A DNA stretch of 32,000 bases from Nitrosomonas europaea (GCF_900167395.1 NZ_FUWK01000003.1:90001-122000); one strand, 5' to 3'. Shown: positions 20,312-27,117, numbered from the stretch's first letter. Notes: generated from the sequence alone by a model not told the origin. Translations and numbers: made by a program.

Positions 20312-21228
20312 GCAACTGGTTATCCCAACATGGCTATGCGCTGATACGTGCACTCAGGCAGCTTGCCGGAACGCCGATGACCAGCTTGCTGAGCATCATC
20401 GTTTTCAGCATCGTCCTGAGTCTGCCGGCCGGTATCTTCATCCTGCTGGAAAATTTGCGCGCACTATCCGGGCACGCAACGGATTCGCAGCAGATGACCC
20501 TCATCCTGGATACTGCGGCGGGTTCGGCTGATGTGGAACTGATCAATACCCGACTGGAGGAAATGACTGTAATTGAAGGTTTCCAGTTCATTTCCCGGGA
20601 AGTCGCCCTGCAGGAATTGCAACGGGAAAGCGGGATGGCTGAGGTAATGCGTAATCTCGAACAGAATCCGCTGCCGGATGCATTCGTGGTCAACCTTGGC
20701 AGCCTGTCCGCCGGTGAAATTGAAAAAATGCAGGCCATGATGCAAGCCTGGCCCAAGATCGCTCATGTACTGGTGGATACCGACTGGGCCAGAAAACTGG
20801 ATGCCATGCTCGATGTTGGCAGGCTGGTCGTCATCATGCTGACATCAGTATTTGGCACGACACTCGTCATCGTCATGTTCAACACCATCCGCTTGCAGAT
20901 ACTGACGCGGCGCGATGAAATCGAGCTGTCCAAGCTGATTGGTGCTACGGATAGTTATATCCGTCGTCCATTTCTTTATTTTGGCGCGATACAGGGGCTG
21001 GCAGGTGCTGCGCTGGCCTGGCTGCTGCTTTATTTTACAATCATCAAATTGAATGAAGCTTTGTCCGAACTGGCCCGGTTATATGCCACCACGTTCACAC
21101 TCGATCCTCTTTCCTGGCAGGACAGCCTGATTCTGATCTTATTCTCCGGCACATTGGGGTGGATTGGGGCGCGCTGGTCAGTCGCCCGGCATTTTGCACA
21201 AATCGACCACGAAAGTGCCATTTCCTGA
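20308..21228 (+). CDS. ftsX: cell-division permease-like protein FtsX
   Basis: ATGA overlap with ftsE. Four-TM FtsX architecture with a large first periplasmic loop. Confidence 0.9.
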   Translation: MSNWLSQHGYALIRALRQLAGTPMTSLLSIIVFSIVLSLPAGIFILLENLRALSGHATDSQQMTLILDTAAGSADVELINTRLEEMTVIEGFQFISREVALQELQRESGMAEVMRNLEQNPLPDAFVVNLGSLSAGEIEKMQAMMQAWPKIAHVLVDTDWARKLDAMLDVGRLVVIMLTSVFGTTLVIVMFNTIRLQILTRRDEIELSKLIGATDSYIRRPFLYFGAIQGLAGAALAWLLLYFTIIKLNEALSELARLYATTFTLDPLSWQDSLILILFSGTLGWIGARWSVARHFAQIDHESAIS

Positions 21229-21264
21229 TGGTTATGGATTCATATCTGCTCACAGGGTGGTTGC

Positions 21265-21972
21265 ATGGCTGAATTCATAGCACTGATCCCGGCTGCCGGT
21301 TCCGGCTCGCGTATGGGAGAAGATATTCCCAAGCAGTACCGGCCACTGGCCAGTAAACCGATGATTTATCATGCGTTGCGCACCTTGTGTAGCGCAGAGC
21401 GTATTGGCATGGTCTGTGTTGTACTGGCACCTGACGATACAGAATGGGCACGGCATGACTGGAGTGAATTTGCCGGCAAGATCCGGGTGTTTGGCTGCGG
21501 CGGGGCAACCCGTGCCGAAAGCGTCACCAACGGGCTGAAAGCATTGCGTGCTGAGAATCATGTACAGGATCAGGATTGGATACTGGTACACGATGCAGCT
21601 CGTCCAGGGTTGAGCCGGGCGCTGGTTGAACGATTGCTCGATCAGCTTGCGCAGGATGAAATCGGTGGCCTGCTGGCAGTGCCGCTGGCAGATACATTAA
21701 AGCGTGCAGATGATACTGGCCGGGTGATGTGCACTGAGCCGAGAGAACGTCTGTGGCAGGCACAAACACCACAGATGTTTCGTACGAAGTTATTACTTGA
21801 AGCACTGGAAAAAGCCCCGACAGGAATTACCGATGATGCCAGTGCCGTGGAAGCGCTGGGATTCTCTCCCAAACTGGTAACGGGCGATGCTTATAACTTC
21901 AAAGTGACGTATCCGCAGGATTTGAAACTGGCTGAACTGATCCTGCAAGAGCGTACCGCAACGCAGAACTGA
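21265..21972 (+). CDS. ispD: 2-C-methyl-D-erythritol 4-phosphate cytidylyltransferase
   Basis: [15 protein letters not shown] ... VHDAARP ... DTLK ... QTPQ.F ... TDDAS is the IspD pattern. Confidence 0.94.
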
Positions 21973-21977
21973 TCTCA

Positions 21978-22126
21978 TAAGGGAACCTCTGAAAAACGTC
22001 AGCGAGGCAGTCAGTTCAAGGCAAAAATCGGCGAAAAAGCGGAGTTTATACATAATAAATGAGCATTTTGATGCCAACTTTTAACGCAGAAATGGCAACG
22101 CAGGTAGTTTTTCAGAGGTTCCTAAG
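21978..22126. mobile_element. MITE-like non-autonomous element: 141 bp with perfect 16-bp terminal inverted repeats, flanked by a 4-bp direct duplication
   Basis: GGAACCTCTGAAAAAC at 21982-21997 is the exact reverse complement of GTTTTTCAGAGGTTCC at 22107-22122. TAAG occurs immediately outside both ends (21978-21981 and 22123-22126). There is no ORF of convincing coding character inside. Confidence 0.65.
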
Positions 22127-22469
22127 CAGAACATTTGTAGTGCAACCGTCTGCTGTTCGTTGATTTTGCTGAGCTACTGTGATTCATTGGATTAGACAAA
22201 AAGCAAGCTAAACAACTCTGAAATTTCCCGTAGCCAGTCCCATACCAGGGTATCCTGACGCTGCTTACGGTGTGCTAGTGATGGTGACTGCGAACAGCAG
22301 TTGAGTTGCTCCACGCTGTTCGCAGCCTGCTTCGCAGAAAATTCTGATTACCCGGCCAATACCGTACGGTATCGATATCTGTCATTTCCGGATCCTGACA
22401 ACCTGAATCGGAAAACACAATAACAGTATCAGGTTTCGATAATCAGGGAGGGATGGTATTCAGACTGTT

Positions 22470-22498
22470 CCAACCCCCTGAATTTACCAGAGGGTTGG
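22470..22498 (-). terminator. stem-loop 12 nt downstream of the amoC stop codon (candidate terminator or mRNA-stabilising hairpin)
   Basis: CCAACCCCCTG / CAGAGGGTTGG forms an 11-bp stem with one mismatch and a 7-nt loop. No clear U-tract follows on the minus strand. Confidence 0.4.
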
Positions 22499-22510
22499 AA
22501 ATATGCCCGG

Positions 22511-23335
22511 TTACGGAGTTGTTACGACATCGTCCAGAATGGCTCTGTCCTGCTTGTTCCATTCCACGTCAACCAGATTGGAATAACGTGTTATGAGCTG
22601 TATGGCAAGACCACCCTGGAACAGGGCAGCCCAGGCCAGGATAACGAAGCCCCAGTGCAGTGGCGCGCTGAAGAGTTCTTCCATGAACCAGAAGGCATGC
22701 CCCCACTCATTCAGACCAACGTTGGGCAGACTCATCAGCGGGCCGGCCACTACCATGATCAGCGGGAACGACCACCCCTTGTTATACAGCGGTAACCGGG
22801 TTTTGGCGTAAATGATCATCGCTATACCCATGATGATGTATACCGGGAATGAGCCATAGAACAGAGGAATATGGCTGGGTGTAAAACTGGTATCCCGGAT
22901 AATCACCTGGTGCCATGAGGCGTCTTGCTCGGTAAAGAAGCTTGATCCCCAGTAAACGGCAAATATATAGACTCCAAGCCACATCATGAAATAAAAATAC
23001 CGCTTTATTTCCTGTTTGGGAGTCAGGCTGGCAAGCTGTTCTGCCGTATTCCGGGTTTTCAACAGCCATCCCCAGATGGAGAATGCTGCCAAGGCAATAA
23101 CGACCATCTGAACACGCCACAGACCCATCCAGATCCGGTCAAAATCCGGCTCCATCGAATCCATGCCATGGGAATAGGCAAACGTACGCTGATACCATAC
23201 CCAGAATACCGCTATGCCCAGAATGGGCAGCAGGCCGTATTTGTAGTACTTGGCGTCAAACCATTCTGATTTGTCGTAAGCCGGTTTATCAGTGACTTGC
23301 TGTGCAGTCTTATCCTTCAATATGCTTGTAGCCAT
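22511..23335 (-). CDS. amoC: ammonia monooxygenase subunit C, orphan (amoC3-type) copy
   Basis: 274 aa from the ATG at 23335 (MATSILKDK), with a GGAG RBS just upstream. Long identical blocks to Nitrosomonas AmoC: [96 protein letters not shown]. No amoA or amoB lies adjacent. Confidence 0.97.
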   Translation of the reverse strand: MATSILKDKTAQQVTDKPAYDKSEWFDAKYYKYGLLPILGIAVFWVWYQRTFAYSHGMDSMEPDFDRIWMGLWRVQMVVIALAAFSIWGWLLKTRNTAEQLASLTPKQEIKRYFYFMMWLGVYIFAVYWGSSFFTEQDASWHQVIIRDTSFTPSHIPLFYGSFPVYIIMGIAMIIYAKTRLPLYNKGWSFPLIMVVAGPLMSLPNVGLNEWGHAFWFMEELFSAPLHWGFVILAWAALFQGGLAIQLITRYSNLVDVEWNKQDRAILDDVVTTP

Positions 23336-23567
23336 AAATGACGCTCCTTCTTGCAGCAATCGGAATTTCCGGAGAAATTCCTGAATTAGAAAAAAGTAAG
23401 TTACCAGTCGGGCTTCAAAGTGAAATCCGATTTAGGACAATTCCGGGTTGCTGAGAAAATTGCGGTTAATCGAATCAGTCTCATGCAACTGCCGGATTCA
23501 GACGCTTTCATGGCGGATATCTCCTCTGTTTGGATGAATAAAAAACCTGTTTTTTTACAGGCACTTA

Positions 23568-23594
23568 TGTGAGTCCTTAAATCCGATAAAGTTC
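23568..23594 (-). promoter_or_regulatory. ECF sigma-E-like promoter motif upstream of amoC
   Basis: The minus strand reads TGAACTT-tatcggatttaaggac-TCACA. The -35 GAACTT is at 23594-23589, the spacer is 16 nt, and the -10 TCACA is at 23572-23568. Compare the enterobacterial sigma-E consensus GGAACTT-N16-TCAAA. This is a motif match by eye only. Confidence 0.4.
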
Positions 23595-23866
23595 AATGTC
23601 GAAGTGGATGGCCTATCCCAAGTCAATTACACTGAAAAGCAAGGGCGTATTCCTGGCTCAGAACTGCTTCTGTAGTAGTGTCGGTACGTACTGGCAAAAG
23701 TGTGTAACAAAATAATGGGTCATCGCTTCCACAGCAAAGGTGTTGCGATCATGAAATCCGGCCGGCTGTATCAGGTTTTCCTCATTCAGTTTTCGTTCAG
23801 ACAGAGTGGCGTAAATTGACGCCATCAGGAATGGGCCTGATGAGCACAACACCGAGGAGAAATGAC

Positions 23867-24211
23867 ATGACCACTCAAACAAAAACAAGAAATCTGACCG
23901 GCCTGATATTAACCGGCTTATTAACAGCCAGCCTCACCATGTCCTCTATAGCGCATGCAGACAGAGGTCATCGCCATCATCGTCACCATGATCATCACCG
24001 CCACCATCACCATGATCGTCATGACCACCATCGTCATTCCGGCGGGCATGTGCATATCTACAACCAGGCACCTGCCTATTACCGGCAGAACTACCCGCAG
24101 CCGCAGCAGTACGGCTACTATCCTCCGATCCCAGCCCCGGTGTACGTCGTTCCCCCGCAAATGATGATGGGGATCAATACCGGAAGGGTGGATTTTATGT
24201 TACGGTTCTGA
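23867..24211 (+). CDS. small secreted histidine-rich protein (hypothetical; candidate periplasmic metal-binding protein)
   Basis: 114 aa from the ATG at 23867, with GAGGAG at 23854-23859. Signal peptide with an AHA cleavage-type site. The mature N-terminus DRGHRHHRHHDHHRHHHHDRHDHHRHSGGHVH has 17 His in 32 residues. It is followed by a Pro/Tyr/Gln-rich tail. The stop codon lies 6 nt before a 19-bp perfect hairpin. Confidence 0.7.
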   Translation: MTTQTKTRNLTGLILTGLLTASLTMSSIAHADRGHRHHRHHDHHRHHHHDRHDHHRHSGGHVHIYNQAPAYYRQNYPQPQQYGYYPPIPAPVYVVPPQMMMGINTGRVDFMLRF

Positions 24212-24217
24212 TGTCAC

Positions 24218-24275
24218 AAGCGGGTATGGGGATGAACCGGAAATTCATCCCCATACCCGCTTGATTTCAATTTTC
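24218..24275 (+). terminator. strong rho-independent terminator of the His-rich protein gene
   Basis: Perfect 19-bp stem AAGCGGGTATGGGGATGAA (24218-24236) / TTCATCCCCATACCCGCTT (24244-24262) with a 7-nt loop, followed by GATTTCAATTTTC. Confidence 0.85.
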
Positions 24276-24293
24276 AGTGTGTAAGGATGTGGT

Positions 24294-24587
24294 GTGATGA
24301 GCAGATGGCAGCAAGCTTTACTGATTATGTCGATCATGGTTGCTGCGATGCCGGACACTTCAGCCCGCCGGCATGATGCGGCCAGTGGACATGACAGAGC
24401 AGGCAAGCCGGCTGGTGGTATTTCGGAACAGCGTGCGATCGCAATCGCGCAACAGCATTTCTCGGGGCGCGTACTGGCAATCAGTCAGACCGATCGCGTC
24501 TACCGCATCAAGATTCTCAGTGATCAGGGTACCGTCCACACGATTCTGATCGACGCACTGAATGGTGCCGTCGTATCAGCCCGTTGA
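24294..24587 (+). CDS. secreted PepSY domain protein
   Basis: 97 aa. Signal-like N-terminus, then a single PepSY-like module (ISEQRAIAIAQQHFSGRVLAISQTDRVYRIKILSDQGTVHTILIDALNGAVV). The start is the GTG at 24294 or the ATG at 24297. Confidence 0.75.
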   Translation: MMSRWQQALLIMSIMVAAMPDTSARRHDAASGHDRAGKPAGGISEQRAIAIAQQHFSGRVLAISQTDRVYRIKILSDQGTVHTILIDALNGAVVSAR

Positions 24588-24628
24588 TCTCAAAAATAAA
24601 TTTCATGATTCAATCCGGTACGTTTACG

Positions 24629-24698
24629 TAATAAATGAGCATTCTGAGCCGACTTTTAACGCAGAAATGGCAATGCAGATAGTTTTGCAGAGGTTCCT
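24629..24698. repeat. truncated second copy (right-hand half) of the MITE-like element at 21982-22122
   Basis: A hand alignment of 24629-24698 against 22053-22123 gives about 65 identical positions out of 71, with one 1-nt indel. Both are in the same orientation. Similarity stops right after the terminal GGTTCCT in both copies. The left terminal repeat is absent here. Confidence 0.75.
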
Positions 24699-24729
24699 CA
24701 GTCATTACCGTATGCTGCAGGAAAGTTAA

Positions 24730-25419
24730 ATGCGCATCCTGGTCATCGAAGATGAATTTCGTCTGCAAAATCAGATCCGCCGGCAGTTGGAGGCAGCGGG
24801 TTATATGGTCGATACCAGCAGCAGTGGCGATGAAGGGTTGTTTCTCGCCACGGAATACCGGCCCGATGCTGCCATCATCGATATTGGCCTGCCCGGTAAA
24901 TCCGGCCTGGAAATCATCAAGGCACTGCGGGAACGCGGCAGCCTGCTGCCTATCCTGATTCTGACTGCGCGCAGCAGCTGGCAGGACAAGGTGCAGGGAC
25001 TGGAAATGGGCGCGGATGATTACCTGACCAAGCCGTTTCAGATGGAAGAGCTGCAGGCCAGAGTCCGGGCATTATTGCGCCGTGCTGTCGGTATACCGCA
25101 AACCTTGCTGAAGTGTGGCCCCATCGCGGTGGATGTCACAGCACAATCGGTCAGTGTCGATGGTGCGAACATCGAACTGACATCGTTTGAATATCGCCTG
25201 CTGGAAGAACTGGTGTGCCACCGTGGCGAGATACTTTCCAAGGAGTCACTTGCTGATGCCCTGTATCCGCACAATGAGGATCGTGACAGCAACGTGCTCG
25301 AAGTCATGATCGGTAGGTTGCGGCGCAAACTCGACCCGGAGGGTACATTGAAGCCGATCGAAACCATGCGCGGGCGCGGCTATCGTTTTACGCTGGAATG
25401 TAACAGCAAATCGCCATGA
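24730..25419 (+). CDS. OmpR/PhoB-family response regulator, PhoP-like
   Basis: Receiver domain (MRILVIEDE...DAAIIDIGLPG...) with ILILTARSSWQDKVQGLEMGADDYLTKPF closely paralleling E. coli PhoP ([29 protein letters not shown]). Winged-helix C-terminus (GRGYRF). Confidence 0.88.
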   Translation: MRILVIEDEFRLQNQIRRQLEAAGYMVDTSSSGDEGLFLATEYRPDAAIIDIGLPGKSGLEIIKALRERGSLLPILILTARSSWQDKVQGLEMGADDYLTKPFQMEELQARVRALLRRAVGIPQTLLKCGPIAVDVTAQSVSVDGANIELTSFEYRLLEELVCHRGEILSKESLADALYPHNEDRDSNVLEVMIGRLRRKLDPEGTLKPIETMRGRGYRFTLECNSKSP

Positions 25420-26756
25420 TGTCGCTCAACAAGCGCGTCTTGCTCAGTGCTGCTCTGGTATTACTGGTTTTCATCGCCGGAATTACCCTGACATTGGATC
25501 GCGCCTTCTATGACAGTGCGCGTATCGGTGTGAAGGATCGGCTGTTTGCAAGGCTGCTGATGCTGCTGGGTGATACCGAAGTGGATGAATCCGGTGAACT
25601 GGAGATTCCCACCAACCTGCTGGATGCGGAATTCGGTCATGTCAACTCGGATATCTATGCTTTCGTGACCGGCCCTGCCAATACCATCGTCTGGCGCTCC
25701 ACTTCGTCGCTGAATAAACCGATTCCCGGTATCACGCTGCTGGAAAAGGGTAAACAGGAATTCGAGCAAATCACGCTCGATGAAGAGCCCTACTTCATCT
25801 ACCGCTACAGCGTTGCCTGGGAAACATCTTCTGGCAACTATCCACTGATTTTCAACGTGATGACCGATACCGCGCTGCTGGAAGCGCAGATCGAACGTTA
25901 TCGCGAAGATTTGTGGGGCTGGCTGGGTCTGATGGCCGTTTTCCTGCTGGCTACGCAAATGCTGGTATTGCGCTGGGGGTTGCTGCCATTACGCACGGTT
26001 TCAACGGAGCTTGCCGCGATCGAATCCGGCCGGCAGGAAAGTCTGAAAGACCGCTATCCCAAAGAGCTCAAGCTGCTGACCGACAGTATCAATTCCCTGA
26101 TTACCCACGAACATAAACAGCAGAAACGCTATCGTAACGGTCTGGCTGATCTGGCGCACAGCCTGAAAACGCCGCTTGCCGTATTGCAGGGCGCGATTCA
26201 TGGCGGAAACGACGAAGCTGCCCGGCTCAAAACGATTCAAGAGCAGATCGACCGTATGGATAACACCATCCAGTATCAATTGCGCCGTGCTGCAACTGCC
26301 GGCAGTTCACCGGGTATGAGGTTGATCCCGTTACGTTCGATGGCGGACAGGATCATCAATACCATCACCAGAGTCTACCGTGACAAACGGCCGCATATTA
26401 CGGTGAAGATCGATGACAGTATGAATTTGCGCATCGATGAAGGTGATTTGATGGAGCTGCTTGGCAACCTGATCGACAATGCATTCAAATGGTGTCACCA
26501 CAGCATTCATTTATCTGCCGGTTATCAGGAGGATCAAGTGGTGATTCAAGTCAGGGACGATGGCCCAGGTATTTCGCCCCACGAAATCGCCCGTATCCTG
26601 GAACGTGGTGTACGGGCCGATCAATCCATCCCTGGCCACGGTATCGGTCTGGCCATCGTACGTGACATCATGCAGGTCTATGGAGGTGAGCTGTTGATCA
26701 GCAACAATCCTGACGGTGGTCTGAGTGTGACTTTGCGCTTTGAGAAAAGCAAATGA
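25416..26756 (+). CDS. sensor histidine kinase, PhoQ-like
   Basis: ATGA overlap with the regulator gene. Two TM segments flank a periplasmic domain of roughly 140 aa, followed by a HAMP domain. The H-box LADLAHSLKTPLAVLQ is nearly identical to E. coli PhoQ LTDLTHSLKTPLAVLQ. N box (NLIDNAFKW) and G boxes (DDGPGI, GHGIGLA) are present. Confidence 0.88.
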   Translation: MMSLNKRVLLSAALVLLVFIAGITLTLDRAFYDSARIGVKDRLFARLLMLLGDTEVDESGELEIPTNLLDAEFGHVNSDIYAFVTGPANTIVWRSTSSLNKPIPGITLLEKGKQEFEQITLDEEPYFIYRYSVAWETSSGNYPLIFNVMTDTALLEAQIERYREDLWGWLGLMAVFLLATQMLVLRWGLLPLRTVSTELAAIESGRQESLKDRYPKELKLLTDSINSLITHEHKQQKRYRNGLADLAHSLKTPLAVLQGAIHGGNDEAARLKTIQEQIDRMDNTIQYQLRRAATAGSSPGMRLIPLRSMADRIINTITRVYRDKRPHITVKIDDSMNLRIDEGDLMELLGNLIDNAFKWCHHSIHLSAGYQEDQVVIQVRDDGPGISPHEIARILERGVRADQSIPGHGIGLAIVRDIMQVYGGELLISNNPDGGLSVTLRFEKSK

Positions 26757-26874
26757 TGTTGGGGGTAAGATTACTGTGATAGTGGAGCGCCATGAAACAA
26801 GGAAAAATTCTGCTGGTTTGTTGTCATGATGAAGGTAAAAATGGCTGCTTTACCACCTTCAGTATTTCCGGAAT

Positions 26875-27117
26875 TTACCTTTTCTTCAGATAAAACAGGA
26901 ATTCACCGGTAGTTTCGGATGAGGACAGTAGTTCATGTCCGGTCTGGTCGGCGAATACCTGAAAATCGATCACTGCACCCGGGTCGGTTGCCATGATTTT
27001 GAGCACCTGTCCCCGTGTCATTTCAGACAGGGATTTTTTCGTTCGCAGGATGGGCAGTGGACAAATAAGCCCGCGCACATCCAGTTCCCTGTCAAAAAAT
27101 TCATTATTCGGATTCAT
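26875..27117 (-). CDS. TusA/SirA-family sulfurtransferase-like protein
   Basis: 80 aa from the ATG at 27117, with a GAGG RBS. Conserved Cys-Pro-x-Pro motif (LDVRGLICPLPILRTKK) and ATDPGAVIDF, comparable with E. coli TusA (LGLRCPEPVMMVRK ... ADDPATTRDI). Confidence 0.85.
   Translation of the reverse strand: MNPNNEFFDRELDVRGLICPLPILRTKKSLSEMTRGQVLKIMATDPGAVIDFQVFADQTGHELLSSSETTGEFLFYLKKR

Noticed and set aside
21793-22077. 94-aa ORF on the minus strand spanning the ispD 3' end and the left half of the MITE-like element.
   Set aside because: It overlaps ispD antisense, runs through repeat DNA, and has no RBS or recognisable domain. It is most likely spurious.
21978-22126. Whether the inverted-repeat element is an integron attC site or a CRISPR or REP-type unit.
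   Set aside because: The termini do not fit the attC RYYYAAC / GTTRRRY cores. There is no regular repeat-spacer array anywhere in the window. The 4-bp flanking duplication fits a transposition product better.
23546-23561. Small hairpin CCTGT-T6-ACAGG. On the minus strand it is followed by a T-run, so it looks like a mini-terminator or attenuator in the amoC leader.
   Set aside because: The stem is only 5 bp, and it coincides with the predicted transcription start of the sigma-E-like promoter. It is not convincing as an intrinsic terminator without folding energetics or transcript data.
23658-23888. 76-aa minus-strand ORF upstream of amoC (55 aa from its first ATG at 23825).
   Set aside because: The track start is a TTG that overlaps the His-rich gene start. 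The internal ATG has no RBS. The sequence has no recognisable features. It is probably non-coding, though ribosome profiling could revisit this.
23921-24164. Alternative frames across the His-codon tract: 23955-24164(+) Ile/Thr/Met-rich and 23921-24160(-) Met/Val-rich.
   Set aside because: These are by-products of the CAT/CAC/CGT/GAT repeat composition. Neither has an RBS or signal peptide, and neither ends next to the terminator. The His-rich frame has all three.
26795-26896. 33-aa ORF (MKQGKILLVCCHDEGKNGC...) and an imperfect hairpin (26831-26860) between the kinase gene and the tusA-like gene.
   Set aside because: The ORF overlaps the tusA-like 3' end and has no RBS. The hairpin has competing weak 5-6-bp stems and no clear U-tract, so it is not reported as a terminator.
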